DNA from: a virus
Reading direction: 5' to 3' (one strand)
Virus record (IMG/VR): IMGVR_UViG_3300034352_000138
Length of the DNA stretch: 60,339 bases
The notes below the pieces were generated by a model, which made no database searches, was not told the origin of the DNA, and was given only the letters and a program-made list of their open reading frames with translations. A program made the translations under genes and the position numbers. Shown here in pieces: positions 26,736 to 36,400 of the stretch (position 1 is the stretch's first letter; each line of letters opens with the position of its first letter).

Positions 26736-27969
26736 TAAACTGCCTGCCCTCCCTTCGGGTCTATCTACAGGACTCCGTAACTTCCTTAGCGCCTTATCGA
26801 CTTCCGTTAAGCAAACACAGGATACGCTTACGGTTACTCAGACAACCGTGGCGGAGACCACTAAAGCTTTAGCGATAACTTCTGGGTTGACGAATAGTAC
26901 GATCCCGCCTGCGCCTACAGGAGTTGCGGCGGCTGGGGCATTCAATAATATCGTTATTACTTGGGATGCCCATAACTACGCTAACTTCTCTTTTGCAGAA
27001 GTGTGGCGGGGCGCAACCAGCACTTTGGCTAATGCCACGGTTATAGGTACGACTAATGGGGTCATCTTTCCTGATGCTACGGGCGAAAACGAGTCTTATT
27101 ATTACTGGGTTCGGTTTGTTAGCAATGCAAATGTAGCTGGGGCGTTCAACTCAGCAGGGGTTTCAGGATCGACTATCAGTTTAGCCCCTGCGAAATTGGT
27201 TCTTTCGGACCCTACAGGTGGATCAAATTTAATACCATTCAAAACAGTTACTACGGCTTATTGCTCAGGCGCATCAGGATCTGATCAGACTGCTTGTGAG
27301 GCGGCGGGAGGAACCTGGATTCCTGTCGGTACATACATGGACGCGGCTTACATCGAGGATGCCTCGATAGCGAGTGCGAAGATAGCGAGTCTTGCGGCGG
27401 ATAAGATCGTTGCAACCAGTGCCTGGATTGATACGGCTGATATTGTAGATGCGGCGATTACTAACGCTAAAGTTGGAAGTGCCGCTATTACTACGGCCAA
27501 GATCGGAAGTGCCGCTATTACTACGGTTAAGATCGGGGATGCCCAGGTCGATACCTTGCAGGTTGCTGGGCAAGCTATAACGATACCTTCCAGCGCACAC
27601 TCCAGTACTAGCGCACAATCCAGTAGTACGACTTACTCGGATATCCTGAGTCTGTCATTTACTTCAACCGGATCGCCGGTATCGGTTGCTTATTCGGTTG
27701 AGATCCAGGGTGGGTATGGTGTTCGGTATCCTTATACCTATATCCCGGCCTTATCTCCAAACTACTTCTGTAATATTCGACTTCTTAGGGGTTCCACGAC
27801 TTTGTGGGAGTTGCTGGGGCTGAATTACCCTATTGCCGGGGCAATTTCAGATACACCAGGGTCAGGAAGCGTAACTTATAAACTACAGGCTAGTTTTGCT
27901 TTGGCTTATTACGCCACTCAATACACAATTGGAGATCGCTCCCTAGTATGCATCGAGACTAAGCGATGA
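26716..27969 (+). CDS. Tail protein with FN3-like domain and A-I-T/K-I-G repeats (start 26716 TTG or 26728 GTG)
   Basis: FN3-like PPAPTGVAAAGAFNNIVITWD...YYYWVRFVS. Repeats AKIASLAADKIVA, AAITNAKVGSAAITTAKIGSAAITTVKIG, as in host-specificity proteins. Confidence 0.65.
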   Translation: MVRLVASKLPALPSGLSTGLRNFLSALSTSVKQTQDTLTVTQTTVAETTKALAITSGLTNSTIPPAPTGVAAAGAFNNIVITWDAHNYANFSFAEVWRGATSTLANATVIGTTNGVIFPDATGENESYYYWVRFVSNANVAGAFNSAGVSGSTISLAPAKLVLSDPTGGSNLIPFKTVTTAYCSGASGSDQTACEAAGGTWIPVGTYMDAAYIEDASIASAKIASLAADKIVATSAWIDTADIVDAAITNAKVGSAAITTAKIGSAAITTVKIGDAQVDTLQVAGQAITIPSSAHSSTSAQSSSTTYSDILSLSFTSTGSPVSVAYSVEIQGGYGVRYPYTYIPALSPNYFCNIRLLRGSTTLWELLGLNYPIAGAISDTPGSGSVTYKLQASFALAYYATQYTIGDRSLVCIETKR

Positions 27970-28349
27970 GCATATACCTTATATATGAAGCAGACTCAGG
28001 TAAAGTAGACAGGATCTATACCGGGGTTGAACCTGAGTTACAGCTTACCTCTGGGGAGATGTCCATGCTTAGCCCGACTTCCGCCCCAGATACACGGGAA
28101 GTCTATGTTGTGGACGGGGGTCTTGTTATTCGCGCTAATTTTCCAGTGCTAATCTCTGAAGGGGTTATTTCTGAGGTTCCGTGGGGGACAAAAGCACAGA
28201 TTCGCTCAGAAACGGTACAAGGGCTTTCCACCGAAGCGGTCATTATGGACGGGTCCATCGATTTGAGTGCCAGCGATCCGGGTACTTATACGGTCTCTCT
28301 AGCTCTATTCCCATACAAGGATCAGGATTTCGAGGTAATCGTGCTGTGA
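27966..28349 (+). CDS. Hypothetical protein (127 aa)
   Basis: ATGA-coupled ORF. Confidence 0.6.
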   Translation: MSIYLIYEADSGKVDRIYTGVEPELQLTSGEMSMLSPTSAPDTREVYVVDGGLVIRANFPVLISEGVISEVPWGTKAQIRSETVQGLSTEAVIMDGSIDLSASDPGTYTVSLALFPYKDQDFEVIVL

Positions 28350-28519
28350 AGATTGAACTGAAGCAAGGGTATTCGGACAAACGACAAGCTGATTACCCCG
28401 CGTTCGGGGATCAACTGGATATGCTCTGGCATTCTATGGATCAGGGTGAAATACCCAAGTCCCCAGAATTCTATGAAGTAATTAAATCAGTAAAGGAGAA
28501 GCATCCGAAGGATGACTAG
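28346..28519 (+). CDS. Hypothetical protein (57 aa)
   Basis: The GTG at 28346 overlaps the previous stop (GTGA). The longer track ORF (from 28181) would overlap 27966..28349 heavily. Confidence 0.4.
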   Translation: MKIELKQGYSDKRQADYPAFGDQLDMLWHSMDQGEIPKSPEFYEVIKSVKEKHPKDD

Positions 28520-28913
28520 ACTCTACCCCGTAGATATTAGAGATCACTGGGATGACATCAAACAGGATGTTATTGATTTACAAGAACGATATAACTTCGA
28601 ATGGCGACCGGAAGACGTTTATTACGAATGCAGAAGTGGGAACGCGTTCTTATATTTCGGAGATAAGCCGGGATTTATTGTGTTCAAAGAACAGTCTAAT
28701 GAGTACACCGGAGAAAAAGAACTCTTCATGTGGATGGCCTGCGCTCCGGGGCTTGGCCATATTGAAGAATACTATGAAGATTACATGGAGATCGCCAAGA
28801 GAATTGGTGCGAGCAAGATGGTCTGGTCGTCTCCTCGCAAAGCTTTCCAGCGATTGGCGGAAAAGAATTACTGGAAAATTCGTACAACGATTTATGAAAT
28901 GGAAGTGAGGTAA
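28512..28913 (+). CDS. Hypothetical protein (133 aa)
   Basis: ORF coupled to the previous gene. No motif recognised. Confidence 0.6.
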   Translation: MTRLYPVDIRDHWDDIKQDVIDLQERYNFEWRPEDVYYECRSGNAFLYFGDKPGFIVFKEQSNEYTGEKELFMWMACAPGLGHIEEYYEDYMEIAKRIGASKMVWSSPRKAFQRLAEKNYWKIRTTIYEMEVR

Positions 28914-28917
28914 TAGC

Positions 28918-29493
28918 ATGGGTGGCGATAGCCCGACAAGGTATACACCAAAGAATCACCCTGAAGAAAGGGAATTGGCGAAGATTGCCGAGGAACAATG
29001 GCAGGAATATAAGCTGCGTTATATCCCGATTGAGAATGAGTGGATGCAGCGAGTCGAGGGTCTGAATGATCCAGGGGCTCATGATTCAGCTAGAGGTATG
29101 GCTGCATCTGAATTTGCCCAAGCTAACCCGGATGCTGTCCAGCGTATGCAGGCAGGTATGGGGGCCGGGGATATGGTGCGTCGTAGCCAAGCCATGCCGG
29201 AATTTACTAAATCCGCGAATAACCTCGCCCAGATTAAGAACCGAGCTAGCCTCGGGGTAACGGACCGTTATGTCAGGGGTATGGAATCAGTTATTGGTAT
29301 CGGCCAAGGGGAACAAACTGAGGGTTTACAGGGCCTAACAGATCTAGCGGAACAAGCAGTACAGGGGCGAATCGATAATACTAAAAATCGATTTGAACGT
29401 AAACAAGGCAAGCTGGATTCCATGGGATCTCTGGCGGGCGGAGTTTCAGCATACGGTTTAGCAAAAGTTGGCCGTAAGAAAGGAGCTACATAA
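28918..29493 (+). CDS. Putative internal virion protein, MGGDSP paralogue 1 (191 aa)
   Basis: The N-terminus MGGDSP...EEQWQEYKLRYIPIENEW parallels the next gene. Confidence 0.6.
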   Translation: MGGDSPTRYTPKNHPEERELAKIAEEQWQEYKLRYIPIENEWMQRVEGLNDPGAHDSARGMAASEFAQANPDAVQRMQAGMGAGDMVRRSQAMPEFTKSANNLAQIKNRASLGVTDRYVRGMESVIGIGQGEQTEGLQGLTDLAEQAVQGRIDNTKNRFERKQGKLDSMGSLAGGVSAYGLAKVGRKKGAT

Positions 29494-29903
29494 TGGGTGG
29501 TGATTCTCCGAAAGTAAAAGAATCTTTTGATCGGGCTTCTGCCGAGCATCGATCTAAATTAACTCGAGAACAGTGGGAAGATTACAAGACTCGCTACCAG
29601 CCTTGGGAAGATAAGTTGATTGGTTTCGCTAACGACCCTACGGTTAAGCAACAGGGTGTTGATTACGCTAAGACGGCAGTAGATAACACTTATAACATAG
29701 GTCTAGGTCAGTACACGCGAAATCGAATGCGGTTGGGAGAGTCTCCTAAACTGGATGCACTTGAAACGCGACAGCTCAGATTGGGTAAAGCACAGTCCAT
29801 GGCCCAGTCGGTTAATGATGCCCGTAATTATGCGGATGATCGTAGAGAGAAGGTTCAAACATCGGGGCTGAGTTCAGCCGCTAGTACAGTGAGGAGTGGT
29901 TAA
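29493..29903 (+). CDS. Putative internal virion protein, MGGDSP paralogue 2 (136 aa)
   Basis: The N-terminus is MGGDSP...REQWEDYKTRYQPWEDKL. It overlaps paralogue 1 by TAATG. Confidence 0.6.
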   Translation: MGGDSPKVKESFDRASAEHRSKLTREQWEDYKTRYQPWEDKLIGFANDPTVKQQGVDYAKTAVDNTYNIGLGQYTRNRMRLGESPKLDALETRQLRLGKAQSMAQSVNDARNYADDRREKVQTSGLSSAASTVRSG

Positions 29904-29904
29904 G

Positions 29905-30996
29905 ATGGCAGGCGGATTACTAGGCGGCGGATTACGTAAGAAACAGTTATCTAATGAGCTTCGGCGGCAAGCCGGGACTCGAAGTGACCTTATTTTTGCC
30001 GAAGAAGCAAGGATAGCGGCTCAGGAACAAGCGGCTCAGGACCAGGCTGCTGGTACTGTAGTTGGTGCGGTAGCTCCAGTGGCTTATGACTGGGCCAAAG
30101 ATGCGGATATGTTTAACGATCCCCGCACAGCTCTATCGCCGGATGCTTATAAGGAGAGTTTATCCAGAGCTACTACTAAAGGGATGAAAGATGAGTTCGT
30201 AAAAGGTAACCGGGAAAAGTACCTGAACGAGCAAGCGGGTGATTGGTTCGATGCGAAGTACAACGAATTGATGGGCGAAGGTAAATCTGCGGCGGGCTCT
30301 CAGGATGTTGTCAAGGATATCGGCACCTCTAAGGATGCCTCTGGTGGGCTAGTAAATGCCGCTAATGACGGTCCTATGTATGACTCAAAAGGCCAAATTA
30401 ATAAGACCTGGGCAGATAGCAGTCTAACAGATAGCGGTAAGGCGACCGTACAGCCTACTACTGTTGACGTAGGTTCTTCTACGCAGGCGGTGAAGGGTTT
30501 CGATGGGACGACTCGGGTGATGTCTACCGATCCTGGGTTTACTGCAAAGGCAATGGGGTTAGATAAGTTTGCAAATGTGGGCGGCGAGAAAGCTGTTACG
30601 GAAGGTAGCAAGGCAGCTGTTGACGTAGGTAGTAAGGCAGCTGTTGACGTAGGTAGTAAGGCAGCTGTTGACGTAGGTAGTAAGGCAGCTGTTGACGCAG
30701 GTAGCAAGGCAGCTGTTGACGCAGGTAGCAAGGCAGCTGTTGACGCAGGTAGCAAGGCAGCTCTTACAGAGGCGGCTAAAACAACAGTGGCCCAAAGCGT
30801 AGGGTCAGGCTTAGCCAGTGCAGGTGCAGGTGTAGTAGGTGGCCTTGCTGGGGGAGCTATCGGTGAAGCTGTAGGTGGGAAAACAGGTGGGAAGATTGGG
30901 AATGTAGCAGGGTCAGTACTCGCAGGAGCCGCTGTAGGTGGGCCTGTTGGAGCAGGGGTAGCCCTCTTGATATCCGGCATCGGCGCGTTAATTTAG
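29905..30996 (+). CDS. Repeat-containing protein with C-terminal glycine-zipper membrane segment (363 aa)
   Basis: ATG at 29905 after a GAGGAG SD (the track starts at GTG 29896). It contains six GSKAAVD(V/A) octapeptide repeats plus a partial seventh. The C-terminus is GLAGGAIGEAVGGKTGGKIGNVAGSVLAGAAVGGPVGAGVALLISGIGALI. Confidence 0.7.
   Translation: MAGGLLGGGLRKKQLSNELRRQAGTRSDLIFAEEARIAAQEQAAQDQAAGTVVGAVAPVAYDWAKDADMFNDPRTALSPDAYKESLSRATTKGMKDEFVKGNREKYLNEQAGDWFDAKYNELMGEGKSAAGSQDVVKDIGTSKDASGGLVNAANDGPMYDSKGQINKTWADSSLTDSGKATVQPTTVDVGSSTQAVKGFDGTTRVMSTDPGFTAKAMGLDKFANVGGEKAVTEGSKAAVDVGSKAAVDVGSKAAVDVGSKAAVDAGSKAAVDAGSKAAVDAGSKAALTEAAKTTVAQSVGSGLASAGAGVVGGLAGGAIGEAVGGKTGGKIGNVAGSVLAGAAVGGPVGAGVALLISGIGALI
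30604..30765 (+). repeat. 24-nt tandem repeat, 6 full copies plus a partial one, inside the CDS
   Basis: GGTAG(C/T)AAGGCAGCTGTTGACG(T/C)A repeats head to tail, in frame. Confidence 0.95.
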
Positions 30997-31006
30997 GAGA
31001 GTTAGG

Positions 31007-33451
31007 ATGGCAGGTTTTAGTGAAGGGTTTTCTCGTGGCTTCGGCTTGGTCGATAAGGTTATGGCGCGTGAACAGGAACTGGAGCAGCAGCAGAAGTTAT
31101 TGGATGAGAACAAGCGCCAATATGATGAGACTATAAAGGAGAGAAAGGCGCTTCGGCGGGGTACTGAAAAATTCCAGACCGCGTCCCTAATGGAACAGAC
31201 AAGACGGTCGAAAGTGATGGAGGGGCTCAGCCAACGCACCCTCGAGGAGGTACAGATAAAGAAGGTACAGATAGAAGCAGCCAACCAGCGGCTTAATAAG
31301 GCAAATAGCGAGTGGCGGCATAACTTTGTGAATGAAAAATTTAACAGTGATAATCGGCATTGGGACGAAGCACAGAAAGAGAAGGTTAGGGTAGCGACCG
31401 CTAATATCAATATCCTGAAGAATAGACTTTCGGCTCGTAAAGAGATTGCGGCAAACGAATTGAAGTTAGGCCGGGATAAGCTAGAGCAGATGGGTGAATT
31501 GGCTAGGGAGCGTGAGGCCGGTATAACGAAGAGGTTTGGGTTATCTGAAAAGGGTCTGACGACTAGACAAGCGACCGCCATTAATTCCAAAGAATATATG
31601 CAAGGAGTGCACCTTGAATTTCAAAAGGAAGAAAATGAAGCCCGTAATGAGCTTACTGATAGAAGTCTTGATCTTCAGGAAAACTACCAGGATGAGACTC
31701 TTGATCTTCGGGGCGATGAGTTATCCCTAAAACGTACTATAAGTGTACTGCAAAGTCGTAGGGCTAGGGGTTTGAATGACGCCCAAATTGACCAAATCGA
31801 AACCTATACTGAGCTGGCCGTAAAGAAATTTGGGTGGAGTAAGGAGGTTGCAGAGAAAGCAGCTACCGCGCAGGTAGCCCAGCAATTGCTAGACGGCAGA
31901 GATATGGCCTTGCGGGAAGAGAAAGGTGAGGTAGACTCGTATGTAATGCTGGAACGGTTGGGTATAAGTCGGGCCCAATATGAGACAACGCGTAGGCAAG
32001 CCCAGCTGGAGGGTGATATTAGACTGGCGGTAGCTCGGGCCAATATAGGCCATACAGACGCATTAGCTAGGTACCTAGGGACACAGAACCAGGCCTTGAC
32101 TAATAGTACAGTTTTTACTGAGATCGACAATCGTAGGGCCGTGGATAATGTGGCGTTAGATGGCATCATAAACGTACGCCCGAATGGAGCATTTGATAGT
32201 TTAAACATCCGTAGCGGCTCAGGCGGTTTGGATGATCTAGCTACGCTGCAAAGAACCACGAATATAGATCTCCCGAGTATATTAAATGATCCTGCGGGCT
32301 ATAAGGCGGACCTTGCAATATTGAATGACCCAGGTCAAATTGGGCAAGCTGGATGGCTTAAAGCTTTTAATAGACAAAGGGGGTCGGAGTTACTAAAGAG
32401 TCAAGGACAAAGGGTGCAGGGCTCAACTATGGCGTTCGCTCCAGAATATGACGCTAATGGTGCGATGATAGGCCAAAAACAAATTGATGTGCAGGGGTTC
32501 TCAGTTATAGATGCTGAATTGGTTGGAATTATGCCCGCGAAGGGGCTATCTGCTCGCCAAACAGATGGGGGCGAAATAAGGGCAGAGGGCCCAAGTCAGG
32601 TTACGGATGTATTTGAAGAAGGTACTGGGGACCGAAGACCGGGTTGGAAGGATGTGTACCAGAAAAATGCAAATGAAAAAGCGCGGCAGTCGGGAGAAGA
32701 ATTACCCTTCCCCGGTATAGCGCCTAAATCGGGGTCTGAGCCTTTGGCCGGTATACCGATCATACGTACCACTGTAGTGGGGCCAGGAGGGGCTCATTAT
32801 TCTTATGAGGCTCCTGCCACTAAGACCCGCCAGGCTAATGCCAAAGGGGACCCAGTAAATATCGTTACTATAGGTGATATGGCCCAGAAGAACGGCGAAT
32901 TTGAGGAACTGCGGGACAAGGCCCTCAGAGATCCCAGTCTTATGGCAAAACTTGAGCTTACTAGTGCTGGGCAGGGAGTTATATCGAGGCATGCTATTCG
33001 TTCTAATCCTGCGGCCGATCTGCGGTTGAAGCGGTTGAATATTAAATCGGCGGAGATACAAATGAAGTCTGCATTAAGTGAGGCCATCCAAAAAACAGAC
33101 GCAACTAATAGTAAGGAAGGTATGCAGGCACTTAAAGGTTGGTTCGTATACTCAGATAAGAGAAACGATACTCCTATATTGCATATGGAGGATGCAGCAG
33201 AGTTTGTAACGTCGTTGGCAAATGTATCGGTAGGGCTACGTAAGATGGGTTTGCAGTCTAACTGGGATAGTATGAATACTGTGGAACGGGGGATCTATGT
33301 CCAGGCATTTCATGCCGCTAAGAATAGGATTAAACGTGACGGGAGCTCTTATAATGCGGGAGATTTACTCGATGAATGGGTGCTGGGTATAAAAAAGGCA
33401 TTTGAGGGGCAACAGTCGGGACTTTACGGCGCTACGAGCAAGGGTTATTAA
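31007..33451 (+). CDS. Putative internal/ejection protein, N-terminal coiled coil (814 aa)
   Basis: Strong SD, about 300 aa of charged heptad sequence, and a position directly before the giant ORF. Confidence 0.65.
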   Translation: MAGFSEGFSRGFGLVDKVMAREQELEQQQKLLDENKRQYDETIKERKALRRGTEKFQTASLMEQTRRSKVMEGLSQRTLEEVQIKKVQIEAANQRLNKANSEWRHNFVNEKFNSDNRHWDEAQKEKVRVATANINILKNRLSARKEIAANELKLGRDKLEQMGELAREREAGITKRFGLSEKGLTTRQATAINSKEYMQGVHLEFQKEENEARNELTDRSLDLQENYQDETLDLRGDELSLKRTISVLQSRRARGLNDAQIDQIETYTELAVKKFGWSKEVAEKAATAQVAQQLLDGRDMALREEKGEVDSYVMLERLGISRAQYETTRRQAQLEGDIRLAVARANIGHTDALARYLGTQNQALTNSTVFTEIDNRRAVDNVALDGIINVRPNGAFDSLNIRSGSGGLDDLATLQRTTNIDLPSILNDPAGYKADLAILNDPGQIGQAGWLKAFNRQRGSELLKSQGQRVQGSTMAFAPEYDANGAMIGQKQIDVQGFSVIDAELVGIMPAKGLSARQTDGGEIRAEGPSQVTDVFEEGTGDRRPGWKDVYQKNANEKARQSGEELPFPGIAPKSGSEPLAGIPIIRTTVVGPGGAHYSYEAPATKTRQANAKGDPVNIVTIGDMAQKNGEFEELRDKALRDPSLMAKLELTSAGQGVISRHAIRSNPAADLRLKRLNIKSAEIQMKSALSEAIQKTDATNSKEGMQALKGWFVYSDKRNDTPILHMEDAAEFVTSLANVSVGLRKMGLQSNWDSMNTVERGIYVQAFHAAKNRIKRDGSSYNAGDLLDEWVLGIKKAFEGQQSGLYGATSKGY

Positions 33452-33456
33452 CTAAT

Positions 33457-36400
33457 ATGGCTGGATACAATATTCGTGATGTAATCGCCCCCCTCATGAT
33501 GGATGAGGAGGGTCGCGATATTCTCCTAAAGAATGGATATAGGATCCATGATGGCGATACAGTTATTTCACCTAGTGGGGAGAAAATCCGACTCTCAGGT
33601 ATTGACGCGGATGAAGTAGCTAACCCCTATAAAGGTACTTCCGATCAAGGTGCGGGGCGGTTAGCCCAAAATGCACTAGCTTATGGGTTAGACCAGGGAG
33701 GGGTATCGGTAAATCGTACGGGGCAAGACCACCACGGTAGAACAACTGCGGGCTTAGAGAGCAATATAGGGGATATTGAAGAGTACCTTGTCGCTAACAT
33801 GTACGCTTCTCGTTGGCCGAAATATGATAAGGATGGGTCTTTAGTAAATGCTGAAAACCTTCAGGGGCTTATGTATGCAAGCAAGGAGAATAAACACCCC
33901 GTAAAAGAGTTCATAAATCGAAATTTCCCCGTCGTTCCGGGGCGTTTACCTACACTCCCAAAAGGGAGGCTTACGCATACTCGTGGGGTGACTAGTAGAG
34001 CTTGGGCCCGTGGCATTGATAGCACACAACAGGGTGCTTATGGTTTAGCACATCTTGTAGGGCGAGCAGCAGGCAGTGAGGGCATCCAAGAGTGGGCCGA
34101 AGAAGGTATTGAGGAACAAGAACGGCAACTTCGTAAGAACCCAGCACGTTACCGATCTACGGCAGACGTCCATGGCGTTGGGGATGCTCTGGGTTTTGCA
34201 TACGAGAAAACGATAGAGAATCTTCCGCTATTAGCGTCAGCAGGTGTCGGAGGACTTGGTGCCAAGGTTACAGGACATATAGCGGGTAGGCAAATTGCTC
34301 AGAAGGCAGCGCATAGTGCCATGCAACGCGCAGGCGCTATGGGGGCTCGGGGCGAGGTTCTAAGTTCTATAGCCGGGAAGGCTGGTGCAGAGGCTGTACG
34401 GCAGCAAGCTAATAAACTAGGGGTAGCGGCAGGTACAGCAGTCTTTGGTGTAGCCAATACTGGGGAAACTGAAATCGGGCAGATGGCATTGGCGGACCCC
34501 GCCTCCCCTGCTGAAGTTTTAGGTATTGGGGCATTTAAGACCTACCTGGATAAAACTGGTATCGAAGTCATTATAGGTAGGTACTTAGGGGCCAAGGCCG
34601 CCAAGGGCGTAGTCGCTAAAGCTAAGAAGATTGCTACCGGAACAGTGGTCGCGGCGGGCGTAGAAGGTATGACTGAAGCTAGCCAGACCTTCTTGGATTT
34701 GGCGCTTCGGGATAGGCAAGATCCTAATTTCAATGCATTTGGCCCCGAAGCCCGGTCCATAATGCGCGAAGCTGGCATAACCGGGGCCGCTGTAGGCGGT
34801 ATGCTCGGCGGTGTTAGCGGCACTATAGGGGCAGTTTCTGAGAAGATTTCTGAGAAGGCCGCTCAAGCTATAGAAGAGAAAGAGCAGAAGATTGGGGAGG
34901 CTGAAGAAGCCGCTCGCCCTATAAGTACACTTAGGGAAGCGGCTGAAACACTTAGTACTAGCCAATGGCAGCGAATTCGAAATATCGCCAGTTCACATAG
35001 TGGCGGTAACCCGACTTCTAAGGACCAGGCTAGAACTTCTCTACGAGAAGCGGCCCCGCAAGTGAAAGAGGTTTTGGGAGAGGCTTATGCGGGTAAGGTA
35101 TTTAAGCCCCAAGTAGATGAGGACGGGGATGCGGTCCTATTTGAGGGGGGTTTTGATGAGGGCAACCCAGATCAGTACGACGCCAAGATGGAGTATATCC
35201 AGAAATATGCTCAGAAGGTTCTTGATGACCGGGCCAAGGCACAAGAAGCTATTAGGAAGCAGAAGGAGTCCGATGAAGCCAGCCCAAAAGATATAGTATT
35301 CGAGGAAGAGGAGACTGAAGTTCCGTCAGACCCAGAAGGTTGGGAGTATGTCGGCGAACGTAACAAGGACGGCAAATACCACGGACAAGGCACTTTTACC
35401 TGGCCCGAGGGGGATAGATACGTCGGTGGATTCAGGAATGGCAACTATCACGGCCAAGGCACCTATACCCATGCCGATGGAAGGGTGCAAAAGGGTATAT
35501 GGAAGAACGGTGCGTTTGTTGGGGAGTCTACTGAAGAGGTAGGAGGCGACAGAACTGAGACCAAGCCTGCGGTTAATAAGAAACCTACTAAAGGAGTCAA
35601 AGATTCTCCTGGTCCAGGGGATGCAGAAGTAAGCACTGATGCAACACCCGTTACCCCATTTCAGGAGTTAAAAAGTAGGCTAGACGGCGGACGTAAAGGG
35701 CCCGAGGATCACACGGCGACACAAAGTGCTATTACCACTAAGACCGAGGAGGGGGAGCCTGCTAAGGGTGATGAGACTAACGTCCAAACTCCACAAGCTT
35801 CTGATTCTAATACTGATGAAGTTTGGGGAATCGGCTCTGCAACTCCGATTATCCCGTCTCAGGTTAATAAAGGTGGGGCTAAGCTAGCGCAGGACGTCAA
35901 GGAGAAGGGTGCGAATAGGGGTTGGAGTGTCACTAGCCCTGAATTTATCCACTCCCCACTCAAGCAGATACTCAGGGTTGTAAAAAGTAGGCTAGACGGA
36001 GAAACGCCTGCACAGGAGCGGGAAGCTGACACTATTAGATTGAAGGATAATCTAAAGGACGTAGATGGGGAAATTGGCAAGCTTAAAAAAGCCGTTGAGA
36101 ATACCTATAAAGAGGGCTCAAAGGCTCAAAGTCGTAAGGATACACTTAGTAAGGTTATTAGGACGCAGTGGGATATGTCCTTAGAGGAGCGCCTCACCTC
36201 CTTAGAAGGGACGCGCGGGAAGTTGCTGCAGGAGCAAGCAGCCTTACAGGGCCCAGCCCCAACTAATGACGTTAGTCTTATTGCTTTAACCGAGGATGAG
36301 AAGTTCCTGGATGTAACTGATTGGGCGGGTGAAAAAGACGCGAACGCTCTCAAGAAGAGGCTGGGGAAAGACGCGCCCAAGATTACTCATGTTGTGGCGG

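Noticed and set aside
28552-28908. 118-aa alternative-frame ORF inside 28512..28913. Similar cases occur at 13196..13435, 17002..17322, 18071..18283, 20583..20783, 23174..23455 and 29066..29260.
   Set aside because: They are same-strand, out-of-frame ORFs fully nested in longer genes that have coupling or SD signals.
30604-30765. 24-nt tandem repeats read as a CRISPR array, and the mirror 226-aa minus-strand ORF 30300..30980.
   Set aside because: The repeats are contiguous, with no spacers, and are in frame within a well-supported plus-strand CDS. The antisense ORF is a by-product of the repeat and of GC-rich codons.
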